A stretch of DNA of 64,000 bases from Leptogorgia sarmentosa. Lineage: Eukaryota. The DNA lies in contig OZ210884.1 of the NCBI GenBank assembly GCA_964658305.1, forward strand, positions 8,246,001 to 8,310,000, read 5' to 3'. Below the pieces are notes generated by a model. That model had not been told where the DNA came from and did not search any database. It saw only the letters and a program-made list of their open reading frames with translations. The position numbers and the translations under genes are program-made. This document shows, piece by piece, positions 12,730-24,717 of the stretch (its first letter is position 1; each line of letters starts with the position of its first letter).

Positions 12730-15700
12730 ATGGCAATTGCCTTAAGTACCACTTCTGGTATATCAATTGAAGAAAGGAGATGGGCTGTGGTTGGTGTTTG
12801 TCTTAACAAAGTCCTAACACCACCTTTACGAAATGTCCTGGAATCGGAATTGCAGAAATGGTATCATGTGTTGTGTCAACCACCTGATGACATTGACAAG
12901 CAAGTTTTTCCGAAGCATAAAAAAGCACTCCCGCCTTCAAAACTTCAACTAAAATATGAAAACATCAACAACAACAAAATACACAAGTCATCTCGTGCCT
13001 ATGATTATACAGTTAAGGACCATTTGTCTTTGGCAAAGTTATTCGTCCAGCCCTTCATGGCGATGTTTACGGGTTTCGACCAAACCATGGATATGTCTGC
13101 AGTCCTGACAGTTATGTGTGAAGCAGACCCTTTTATATCATCTGGTGCTGCAGTCGACGCAAAAACGATAAGATCAGACGTCAGAAACAAGTGGGCACAT
13201 TGTAACTTTTCTGAGTGGACGCAACCGGAATTTAACGACGCGTTTCAAAAAATGGAATTCTTGGTGAAGAAAATGAAGTTATCAGCAGCAGATGAAAAGA
13301 CGCTTTGTGATGATCTGGATAGCTGGAAGAACAAAGGTGCATACAATGTAGTTTTGTCTTTTTATTCATATTGGTAAATAATTCCATTGAGTGGAGTGCA
13401 ATTTGGTTTGGAGAAAATGAACTTTGTGAAACTACAATCAATAAATTTCAATAAAATTAAATCATGCATGAAGATTAAAGGACAATACAGGTAAATTTGA
13501 ATGTATTTATAAGGCCCCCATTACACTATACCGGATTGCATCGGAGCGGAACGATTTTTATACCGGATTGGGCTGTTGATTACACTACGCCACTGTAATC
13601 CGGTACGTTCCGGTGCATCTTTTTGCCGCGAAGGTTTTGAATTCATTACAATTTATCAATTTCACTTCCAAAATGGTTGCCTTATACAAAATATTTTTAT
13701 GTTTGTATTGACTGCTGCAAGCGTGCTGCAAATAATGTCGTGTTTGTATCCCTAAATATCCAACATTATACGATATGAAGACGTCTTCGACAGCCGAGCG
13801 GCGTAGTGTAATCGCTGCCATTTCTTTCATCCGTGTCAAAATTGATCCGGAACGAAAAGTAATCCGGTATAGTGTAATAGGGGCCTTAGGTTTTACGATG
13901 TGTGTTGAAATTCAGACTTCGTTAATGCTTTTCTTTTCTCGGTTGAACTGAATTTCCTTCCGAAATTAATACCTTACGCTCCATTCTGTCGGCTAGGGGG
14001 GGTGCAATATATACTTTGCCATTGCTAACGTACAATTTTGAAATCAATTTCAGGTTTGCAGTTGTGTTTCGGTCAGGCTGTTGATCCTGAACTCCTTAAA
14101 CTGATTACAAAAGAGGTAGCAGAACTTCGTACAGACGTTGCAAAATGGAAATTTGAAAATAACACAGAGGTTTGAGCCTTGAGGTTTATTTCATATCATA
14201 TTTACTGGAGGATATAATAATGAGACGGTTTATGCAGCAATTGCATGTCCGTGGTTTTATATCTGATAAACATCATGATAATTTTCATAGACTTTCTTAG
14301 CTGTGATCTATTCAAAACCCTCCCAGTCCATATTTATCAAATTCTCCTAAGTCCAATCTTTTGGGATTGGAAACCAATCCCAGGCGCGATTAAAAAATCA
14401 ATCCAAATGGGTTAACTTTTCAATCAAATTTCAATCATTTACAGGTTCAAAAAAGCTTCTTGTTGACCTGTTATTGCCACGCACCGAAGTTTGAGCAATA
14501 TGATTGACTTATGAATATAAATCTTTACAAGGAATCTTTGAAATGGTTTTCAGTTGTCTTAATCGACTGACAAATTTTAATTGAATAACACACTGAAGGA
14601 GTATCTCTTAATCTAAATCCAATCTATTAGACCCGCTTATTTTTGAAACTGTTGAAAGATTGAATTTTGTATGAATTGTTGCACCACTTCTATTTTTGCA
14701 GATTGAGTCATTGCAGAAAAATTTAAGTGACGTTGAATCAAATTTAAAAAAAGAATTACGTAAGCTGACGCAGCGAGTTGAAAAATGTGAAGAGCGTGGC
14801 GATGAAAACTCGAAGGAAATAAAACTTCTCGACAAAAGATTCAGCACGGAGCTCTCAAAAATTCATAGTAAGCCAGAAGAAAAGATTCCTTATGTTTTTG
14901 ATGCTCCGGCCAGAAACCAGTATTTCTCTGGAAGAACTCGGGAACTTCAAGATCTTCAGCGTAACCTGCAACCTGACGATACTGCGCTGGGAGAAAAGGT
15001 GCAAATAGCAGCAGTCTGCGGTTTAGGAGGCGTTGGCAAGACAAGTCTTGTTACTGAGTATGTTCACAGAACGAAGAATCATTACGGAGGAGGTGTTTAC
15101 TGGTTTTCGGCAGAGAATGATATGTTTTTTGAGCGGTCCGTCAACGACACTGCTTTGAAACTTGGTGCCTTACTTGGGACGTTCGACTTGACTTTGACAA
15201 ATACCCTCCTGAAAATTGGGCAGACAAGAAAACCGTGTTTGCTTGTCTTAGATTGCTTAGATCAATTAAATCTGTCTCCAAATGTGTTAAAGTTTCTACA
15301 GGCCGTCGTTTCAAAACAAGATCTCTCTGCATCACTTCTTGTGATGACGAGAAGGAATGCAAGTAAACTCGTTGAGGATATTTCGGGTCTTCATGAAGAT
15401 CATTGCCTTACTCTAAAATGCCTCGAAGTGGAAGAAGCCAAGCAGTTTCTGTTTTGTAGAACCGGATTACCTCGTGATGAAGGCACGGACAGTGATTGTG
15501 AAAGTCTAGCAAATGAATTAGGAGGATTGCCACTCGCTCTAGAGCAAGCAGGAGCATATATTAAAGCACTCGGTTGCAGTTTATCTGAGTACCTCAAGCA
15601 ATTTCAAATTGAACGCTTGGAGCTGCTGAAAGATCAAGAAGCAAAACCAGCACACCTTAATGAATCACCTGAACGCCTGGCCGTTCATACGACATGGTCC

Positions 15701-18508
15701 TTAAATATCAAACACATCAAAGAGAGCCGACACGGTATGTCCGCCATCCGACTTATGAACGCCTTTGCATTCCTGAATCCGACCGAGATCGAAGAAGAAT
15801 TAGTCAATGTTGGTGAACGCCCAATTGAAGACAAAACATTTCGTGATTGCGTGAGTTCGCCTCTCGGTACTCGTCAAGTTGTTAAACTGTTGACTGATTT
15901 CTCACTCTTTACTTATGTCCTTGCGCACTCTGTCAGTACTCATCGCTTGGTACAGGAACTAGTCAGGGAAAATCTTGAACCTGAGGAGAAAGCTAAGAGT
16001 TTTGTTGATGCTGTACGTTTGCTTTCTTTTGCATTTTCTAAATCCATATCTCCTAAACCTCTTCTGGGTAATGTGGGTATTGAAGAACGCTTGAGAGCTT
16101 ATGATATACCTAAAAACCATTCTCAATATTATTTGTGGTCCAAGCTTTGCTTCCACGGCTTTTGTCTACAACAAAACATGGAGAAATTACTAGTAAATTC
16201 CAATCCAAAATGTTTAGATTCTCTTTTCGTTTCGGAGACAGCCAAAGTTCTTTATGAATGTGTTCTTTACTTAAGTGCCAACCAAAAACAACATGAGGCT
16301 AAACGCACATTAAATTTCGCTTACCGAATACTAGATTGGATTTCTGAAGAAGAGTACGAAACATTGCAAAAAAGTCTCTCCAATAACTCTTTGTTTCCTT
16401 CGCATGTTATTCCCTTACGAAAGTGGCTTCAGATTGTTTTAGGGAAATGTTGTATGCCTTCTATGCGTTCTCTTGAACCTCTTGATGACAAGAAAAGGGT
16501 TAAGTCCGGGGGTTCTGTGTTGCATGATGATGACGTAGAGCAGAACATTGAAAAGCTTAAGGTGGTAGGGAATACGAAATTCAAGGATGGTCTGTATAAG
16601 GAAGCAGTAGATGCATATTCTGCTGCCATTGATATGAGTAGAGGTACAAATGCCTTCAACGCTTTATTGCTGACTAACCGTGCCTCAGCGTATATTAAGC
16701 TAAAGCAGTTTGATGACGCTTTGAAAGATGCAAATGAGTATATATCGCGATTCCCGGATTGTTGGAAGGGCTATGCTAGAAAGGCTTTGGCACTCGATGA
16801 GAAAGTCAGTTCTGAAATAGCGGCAGCATTAGCTTGTTATTACTTCAGCCGAAAAGATGGTAGATGTATTTTTTCAGAATATAAGCCATTCGAAGGAGCC
16901 TTTCCAGGCTTGAAGGAGCGTGTTTTCTTGTGTCATACTGTAGAACAGTTGATGTCGGCATTGGCCTCATTCAACACAGACGATTGTCTCCGGGTTATAG
17001 TTCTTGGATCTCAAGAGTATGTTGTAAATGTCCCGTTCTTCCCCTTGATGTCTGTGAAGAACTGTATCATGGTTGGCACAAAACAGGATGCATCTGTTAC
17101 TGTAAAACTCGAAGGTAACACAACTATGTTGTTGTCAAAAAAATGCATGTTCGCAAATCTTTCTTTTGCTATTATTAATCAAGGTCAAATCAATGCTCTT
17201 GATGGTTCTTGGGTTAAGGTCCTTAATTGTAATTTTACTTCCAACCATAACAAGTCAGCAGCTGTGGCATCTACCGGCGTGCTCAACGCAGAACGATGTA
17301 ACTTCACTAAATGCAAAGCCGGTGGACTGCTGTGTGTTGGACCTGGCAATATGGCTGTTGATAACTGCACATTTTCAGGGAATGTCAAATCTGGCCTTGA
17401 GGTGCGTGAAAATGGAATACTGACAGTGCGAAACAGTCGCATGTACAACAACTACAGGGATGGTTTGTTAATAGGCCCTAGGGCAGCAAAATGTGACGCA
17501 TACGATTGTGAAATTTATCACAATGCTCGTGAAGGAATTACAGTCGTAGATGGCTCAAAACGCGTCACTCTCATGCGCAATGATGTTTACGGAAATGACT
17601 CGAGTGGTATATTTGTGAGAAATTCGGACGTCGATATGAGAGAGAACAAATTCTTTGACAATGAAGCATGGGGTATTTGGTCTCAGAGCAACTCTTTGTG
17701 TAAAGTGTCAATGAATGAAGTTTTCCGTAACAAACGTGGAGGAATTCGTGTTGGAAAACGGCTGAACTTGCCTCGCTCTGTTGTTGAACTCAATACAGTA
17801 CACGATAATATTGGCCCTGGAATAGTTGATACAATTAACAACTTCGAAGAAGTCAATCCTTCCCCTTTTTTCGGGAGCGGTAAAAAAGTGGTGAAAGCGG
17901 GTGGTGATTACAAATCGGCGAAATGCGAGAGTAATGTTGAGTACAATAACGAAGAAAAAAATGTCGCCAACCAATCGAAAATTTCTTTACCTTGGTGTTC
18001 TGGGTGCTACGGAAAGTGTGACGACCTTAAATTATGTGGGAAGTGTTTCACGTCCGGCTACTGCAGCAAAGAATGTCAAATTCAACACTGGTCAACCAAA
18101 CACAAGAAATTGTGTAAAGTTTTACGCGAGAAATCCAGCTTTTTGATCACCTCTATGAAAAGGTACCTTTCCGATGGCCACGTGAATGTTCACGCAAAGG
18201 GACTTGATGAAGTCGGTCCGAAGTACAGCCCCCCACCACCACGAAATGGTACAAGATTCACTGTTAAGATCCAGTCTGATTTTGAAAATCATATTGTCGG
18301 CAAGTATCACTTGCTTGTGATTTATGACCGTAGTCTTGATGTTTATGAAAGCTTTGAAGATGAATTCATTGACCGCCTTGTGAAAGAGTTTGGTGTCCTC
18401 TGTGAAAGAAAATATCAGGAGAAAAAGCTATTCTTTCACTGCGTGTTTGAAGACAAACGAAAGCTGCGATTGTTCGTCAATGATTTCCCTAATTTCCAAA
18501 AATGGTGA
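12730..18508 (+). CDS. NLR-like STAND protein: HEPN domain + coiled coil + NB-ARC NTPase + TPR + right-handed beta-helix + MYND zinc finger; exons 12730-13336, 14054-14169, 14702-18508; ~1509 aa
   Basis: The splices are phase-consistent (AAAG|gtgcat…tttcag|GTTTG and GAG|gtttga…ttgcag|ATT). Motifs: HEPN RNKWAH (13183-13200), FSGRTREL, Walker A GLGGVGKT (15020-15043), Walker B LLVLD, GGLPLALEQAGAYI and MHD-like THRLVQE. These are followed by TPRs (KVVGNTKFKDGLYKEAVDAYSAAI…LTNRASAYIKL…KGYARKA), PbH1-type repeats (IYHNAREGI, VYGNDSSGI, FFDNEAWGI) and a MYND finger (CSGC…CGKC…YCSKECQIQHW…HKKLC). Confidence 0.9.
13513..13885. mobile_element. MITE in intron 1 of the NLR-like gene
   Basis: TIRs GGCCCCCATTACACTATACCGGATT … AATCCGGTATAGTGTAATAGGGGCC, flanked by TAA/TTA (TA- or TWA-type target). 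Confidence 0.85.
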
Positions 18509-21500
18509 ACTTGGATTTTATGCATGTGCATAATGCAAATACTCGTGAACGAACAAATACATTATTTACAGTACAAATAGTATTCAATATTAATATACAA
18601 TATAATCAGTATAATAATAATATGTATGCATGTTATAAAACAATACTTACAATATTCAATGCTTCATGATCATGGCTATCCATGTCGCACAAATTAGTCC
18701 ATTATATACTATAGTAACATTTGAGTTGCATGTTCATTTTACGCTTCCATGGCGATGAAACAATAATTGTAAACGGTTGTGTATTCACAACTAAAACAAT
18801 TTACGGTATTACGTTTGATAAAAAAATGTTAATCCTTGTTCCAGTTGTAAAAACAAAAACAAATTGACTTCAGATCAATTACATATATATTTTAATTCTG
18901 AGTAAAATTGTATTAATCCATTATTTTTCCGATCAGCACGGTGGAAAAGACGAAATGCGGTCGGAGCGGGCCATAAAGACTAAAGTGGTAGCTAAACACG
19001 AAGTTTGTCTATATGATCAAGTGTTTGCCTAGCCGATTCTTAAATGGAATATAAGAATACTCTATATATTTTGAAAATCCCCATCCTGTGGATAACCTTA
19101 TCCGACTTTCGAATAACCAGTCCCAGCATCTCGTCAGTAAATTAAAGTGGCCAATGTCTGAGATCAGGTACTGCATGTATTTTATTATCTTGAGTGCAGG
19201 TGGCAATCCTGCTTCAATAATCTGATTTCATACAACGTTAAATTTCGTATATAGATAATCTTGTAAATATTGGGATTATATTGACTTGTTGCTATTATGT
19301 GAATATGTCTTGGTTATCGTATAGGTAATCCACTGCTCTGGTATGTATAACTACATTTTATACTACTACATATATAAACGAGTTGAAAATGAATGACACA
19401 TGCATGGGTCTGCATGGTGATGAAATTACAATATACAACTCATCATTCATGTTATATTAATGTCCAAGGGACGGTTGTTCGTAGCTCATTTAGCCTAAAT
19501 AATGATGAAATGATTCCACCGTTAAAGCTAAACGGGCTACAACTTTGCAATTTTACTAAATTTAGGATGCTCTTTCAAGCCGTGATAATAGAATTTCATA
19601 TTGTTTTAAAATTTGGTCTATAAGGTTAAAGGTCCATTCTACTCGGTTTGATATGTAAAGAACATAAAGAACATTAGCAAACTCTAACGAAAACGCCTTT
19701 TTTGCAGAAAGTTGCAAGAAATATTGCATCATGGGAAACATGATGGCAAAGTTCTACTCACTATTTAAACAGATTCGACGAATTGAAGGACCTTTTCTCG
19801 AAACGTCGACTCTATTTGTATCGTTTAGGTGCAGTGTGTATAGCTAGAATCTTTGCTGCGTGTTGATGTTAGTTTATACATTTTCATTAAGGAGGAAGTC
19901 ACTGGACAAATTCTTCGTTATGCGTATATGGTGTCTTTCAACAATAGTTAATTATATCCTTGGTAGAATGTTCCGGTTGAATTCCCCGCCATCTCACGCT
20001 AATATATGTTTGTATAAATATCAGCACACAAAAGCTGACACGGCGTTCGTAGTTGTTGAATTGTTTTCAGTTCCATTTCAGACAGTTCTTGGGATCAGTC
20101 GACTATACTCCAAGACCATTTTCAGCTGCATCTGAGGATTATACCTGGTAAGGCCTGGTAAGTTCGTGGCTTCGTGCGAGATTTTGCGTTTTGTTAACCT
20201 GCTGGGTCAAATGAGGACGAGAGTGCATGAAAGTTGGTAGTCACACGACCTTTGGCCGTTCTTAATGCTTTCTTAGCACTGTCATAGTTCAAACACTGGT
20301 CAAATGTTGATTGTAAATCCGGAGTCGGATTCGCCAATGTCGACGTTTCCAGAAGATCCGACTAAGGGCCTCGGAAATGTCGAATCTTATTTTATCGTTT
20401 AGGTATAGTGAACAGAACATTTTCTGCTTGTTGATGTTGTTAATTATATATTCACCAGCTGCACAATGGCCATGTATTGAACATTGTTATCATGCTGTGT
20501 AAACATTTATCTTGAATTCATCACGTTAAGAGATTCAATAAAGTTTGAACCTCTATAGATTTCCGACATTGCCGACTTCGTCAATGATCCGTTTTTGCAC
20601 CCATCAATGTGCTAGCTCTCCTGTGATTTGAAAAAAAACTGATTGTAAAAATTTGATCGAATTCCGAAGTGCGATCCTAATTGTAGGGTAGCGTCTTATG
20701 AAACAAATTAAATTTTCGACTGAATAAATGAATAAATTTGTCATGGATTCTGTGGTTTTTATGTTTGTGTAATCCATGGTCATGACCATGGTCTGTAAAT
20801 ATGATTATAAAAAAATTCCTCAGAAGTAAAAGCGACGTATGGGAAAGTCCTGTTGTCTGAAAGTCGTTATAGAATTCCCATTTTGGCGCCAGACACCGTG
20901 GAACGTTCCAATATAGCATAAAATACGTCAGGCATAAAATGATAAAATAAACGGTACTCAGTGCTTTTACTTCCATTTACTAGAAGGAGGCACAATTACC
21001 ATGCACACAAGTCAAACGGCTATAATAAAATTGGTGTCATGAAGTGCTCGAAATAAATTCAATGTACACTTTCTTCTAGCTATTGGCATATACATACATA
21101 AATTTCGTTTGAAGCTTTTTTAAATGTACATATTAAATGTATATCACATCAATTACTCACGAACGGATGCTATATATATATATATATATATTAGACTAAG
21201 TACATTACACTCAATTTCTCCGCTAATTTTACATTTTCCCAACACATTGGGAATGTTTGTGTTGCGGGTTCTTCGTGTAAACCAGTGAACTGTGCATTTT
21301 AAATTGTATAATTTATGTTAAAAAGTTGTATATCTGGAAACTTCCGATGAAATAGATTCTGTGAATATTTCCCCCCAAAGTTTTCAACTTTCATACAATT
21401 GGATGTTGTAGAGCATTGACAGCACACTCTTACAAAGTCATTTATGTACTTCCATGCACCACCTTTCACCAGTGTAAAATGGCATTAAAATTTTGCCGAC

Positions 21501-21781
21501 ATCTCTTGATGTTTGCCTTCCCTTCTCAATATGCCGATCAATTGATACAACGGAAAGGAAACAGGACTAATATTGTTGGAGAAGCTGTTCAAAGCATCTT
21601 ACACTTTCGGAAATATTTGATCAAGTATACCCCCAAAAAATGAACAATTGAACGGGGGAATGGACAATTGAACTATCGCCTTGAATTTAATAATATAAGT
21701 TATGTGAATGACGCCCTTTTTGGGGGGGAGGACACCCTATATGACGTTTTTGACATGTGACGTAAATTGCTTTCCGTACAG

Positions 21782-22627
21782 ATGAATATCAAGGAGCTGA
21801 ACTGCATTTGCAGTGAAAAGTGTCTGGTCAGTTTGAAAAGATTGAACGAAAAACCAAATACGACAAAGAAAGATCTTTTAATCAACAAAAAAACCGATTA
21901 TACGAAAGAAGATGGCGTATATTATCCGTTGGATATATGGTTTATACTGGCAAACTACATTAAACCAGAGCAAATTCAGACATTCTCGTGTTTATGTCGT
22001 GGATCATACCTTGCTGTAACGTCGGCGAAATTTTGGACACAACTTTATAAGCGTTTCATCATGGACACAGAAAACCTACCAATATGTTTGACGCCAAACT
22101 TTATAGCAAACAAGCCCGGAGTTAAAACTCGTATAGTTCGTGCTCTGTTTTTGGCTCACCCAAATCTTAATAAGCGTTTGGGGGCCGAAGAATCGTTAGA
22201 AATGGCGGACAAAGTGCTGCAACAATTAATTGGGCTACGTTGTCGAAATACGTGGTACAAAATAGAAAGTACATCAAACAGCTCCCACACTTATTTGTTT
22301 CGATTTCAGCTTGGTGGAGCCAGGAATGACGAAATTATTTCTAAATCTGACGACACATCGAGAACGCAGGACTTTTTGAGGCATAATCATGAAGAGAATT
22401 ATCTGGTCTTACAAGTGAAAGTCCGAGGTTTCACACGTGTGCACTTCACGGAACATGCTGTTCTGCTTGATTTCTCAATGGACGCAAACTTGACATCTCT
22501 AACGATGGTGTTTGGTTGTTCAAAGCAGGAAACGAGACACAGTAAAGAAGAGAGTATAGTGATTAAGTCAGTGAGTGCAATAAAGCTGTTACGTTGGTGG
22601 CACCCGTCATATCCTCATCGTGATTGA
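21782..22627 (+). CDS. TMEM183: Second, diverged TMEM183-family paralog (single large exon; any 5' exons unresolved)
   Basis: YYPLDIWFILANYIKPEQIQTFSCLCRGSYLAVTSAKFWTQLYKRF…RIVRALF…GLRCR…LLRWWHPSYPH aligns with the 9042-10015 exon. The ATG at 21782 directly follows a tttccgtacag acceptor. Confidence 0.82.
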   Translation: MNIKELNCICSEKCLVSLKRLNEKPNTTKKDLLINKKTDYTKEDGVYYPLDIWFILANYIKPEQIQTFSCLCRGSYLAVTSAKFWTQLYKRFIMDTENLPICLTPNFIANKPGVKTRIVRALFLAHPNLNKRLGAEESLEMADKVLQQLIGLRCRNTWYKIESTSNSSHTYLFRFQLGGARNDEIISKSDDTSRTQDFLRHNHEENYLVLQVKVRGFTRVHFTEHAVLLDFSMDANLTSLTMVFGCSKQETRHSKEESIVIKSVSAIKLLRWWHPSYPHRD

Positions 22628-22761
22628 AATGGAACTGATCCTATATTACAATACTGAACTGCTGGCTTAACAACTGTTAAACTTAACATGATCAATGGAC
22701 TATTCTCATTATAGACAAACTTTTGATCGAAACAATTAAAATGAGATTTCTGGAATGAACC

Positions 22762-22989
22762 TTAAAGCCGGTTTACATGCACTGTACAACTTTTGCTTAC
22801 ACCTGTCGCTTACGATTGTCGAAAGCTTTTAAAGCATGCTTAACTTTCAAAAGGCTACAACTTTTTTCATGTTGTATCGAACAGTCGTAGCGAGTTGTAG
22901 GGTTCATTTAGATTGTAAAATTCGAGTTGTAAGCACATTGCATGCGACGGTTGTTGAAGCAAAAGTTGTACAGTGTAAAACGACCTTAA
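22762..22989. mobile_element. Short MITE downstream of the TMEM183 paralog
   Basis: Inverted termini ttaaagccggtttaca…ctgtacaacttttgctt and aagcaaaagttgtacagtgtaaaacgaccttaa. Confidence 0.7.
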
Positions 22990-23045
22990 TAAAAGTAGTA
23001 AAATTCTAAAATTTCTTTAAAAAGTGTTGTAATATAGAATAATAT

Positions 23046-24184
23046 ATGATAGAGTAAACTGATCGTGGTACTTTCACTCTCACCAAGGAGATCTACCCGT
23101 TGAGATGACTTGAAATAGCAAAAGCTGACTAGCATTTTTTCCATATGCACGCGTGGTTATTAGAAATTCTACGTGAACTCCAGTTTCTAGAATGGAATAC
23201 CCTCCGGACTCCCACAGTCCGACCCTAACCCATACAGATCTGTGGCGACTATTTTAACGTACTTTGTATGAAAAAACAAAATATAATTAATGGGACCAAC
23301 TCTGTGGACAATTCATTAGGGTTCGCAAATGTATACTACATGAAATGCTGCAATGGGATTTCTGAGAAAGGCTCGTCAATCATTCACAAAAGTACCTTAT
23401 AATTATTTATGTAAACTGAATTCAATTCATTGCAGTCCTCGTCTTCTAGCTAGCATATATGCTTCGTGATTTGATGTAGAAAATTGATCATTGTTCATCA
23501 TCCTGTCATGCATGCATTATTACTATGCCGGGTTATGAAGTCAAATTTACATGAGCATATTATATATAATCATCATCACTAAAAACAAAACCGTGCATGT
23601 TATTCGTCACGTGACCCAGTATATCCGTTTTGTGGAAATCCGCTTGTAGTTCATCCAGATTTTTTTCACTACAGTCGCTCGACATAGAATAATCTAACCA
23701 TCTTTTTTGCCTCACGCCATATCCGTTGGGTTCGTCAAAACCATTTTCTGTCAATTCACTATTGTCGGCCACTCGTTCTCGATTGCTTTCCGTGCTCTTC
23801 CGGCGGTCAGCCTCGGCGCTACGTCGGCTACGATAGCAACTCTTTCGTTCACTGCAGTCGGATGTTATTACGCTGAAGGTGCACTCAGTTGAATCCCCGA
23901 GTGGTGACGTTGTAAAAGTAGCTACCAGTGGTCATCACTTCGTGATCGTATCCTTTCGTTCCGTAGGGTATGGACAGAAACTGATAAACGCCTTTATGTC
24001 CTTTCACCTGGGAAAATAAAATGAAAAGATGTGAAATAAGATTACCATTACCCAGGGGCCAGATGTTCAAAGTTAGGTTTAGCGCTAACCCTGGGGCCTG
24101 GGTTTAAATTTCATCCAGTGTTTGTGTATTTCTTCACGCCTATTTAGTTCGAAACTCTTTATCAGTCACTATGTCAAAATTCAT
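23046..24184. repeat. Copy 1 of a ~1.1-kb segmental duplication (partner 25800-26885)
   Basis: Near-identical from atgataga.taaa.ctgatcgtgg to tatgtcaaaattcat, with small indels. Confidence 0.95.
23560..24007 (-). pseudogene. Duplicated last exon of the ETS gene with a 4-nt insertion (pseudo-exon or alternative terminal exon; coding part 23885-24007)
   Basis: It is 448 nt versus 444 nt for 26271-26714 (aaaagtAGCTaccag vs aaaagtaccag). The acceptor tttcccag|GTGAAAGGA is retained. Confidence 0.75.
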
Positions 24185-24717
24185 GAACAAATTGTTGTAA
24201 TGTGTAATGTGCTGTAATAAATAAATAAATAAATACTGTAATGCGTGGAAGATATAGCCTTACAAAGTTTGCTAATTTTCTCATTATTCTGTTACAAAAT
24301 TCCACATTGTGGCAGGAATTTCCGCATGTAACAATATCGTCAGCCTCTTGAAATCGATTTTTGCAAATACCGCACAGAATGCTGGGCGCTTGCTACGTAT
24401 GACGTGCACATGCAAGAATTGAAGTAAATTGAGGAGCTGAAGGAAGTTGAACTCATATTGCACTTCAACTTCCAGAGGTAAGTTTCGTTTAGGTTCTTAA
24501 AACACTTTTTTATTTCGGAGCTCTGTTGGTTATAATTATATAGTCTTTTGTCATGCAATAATAATTGTCATTTATATATTCTCGGAACTGCAGTGCCTTG
24601 ACCAGCAGCAAAATATGAAAGGATATAGCAAATATAACATACTTCCGTACTGTTTTATTCCAAATATGTATTTATGTGTCTATATTTCTTATTTGTTTCG
24701 AAGGTGTGACGTTGAAG

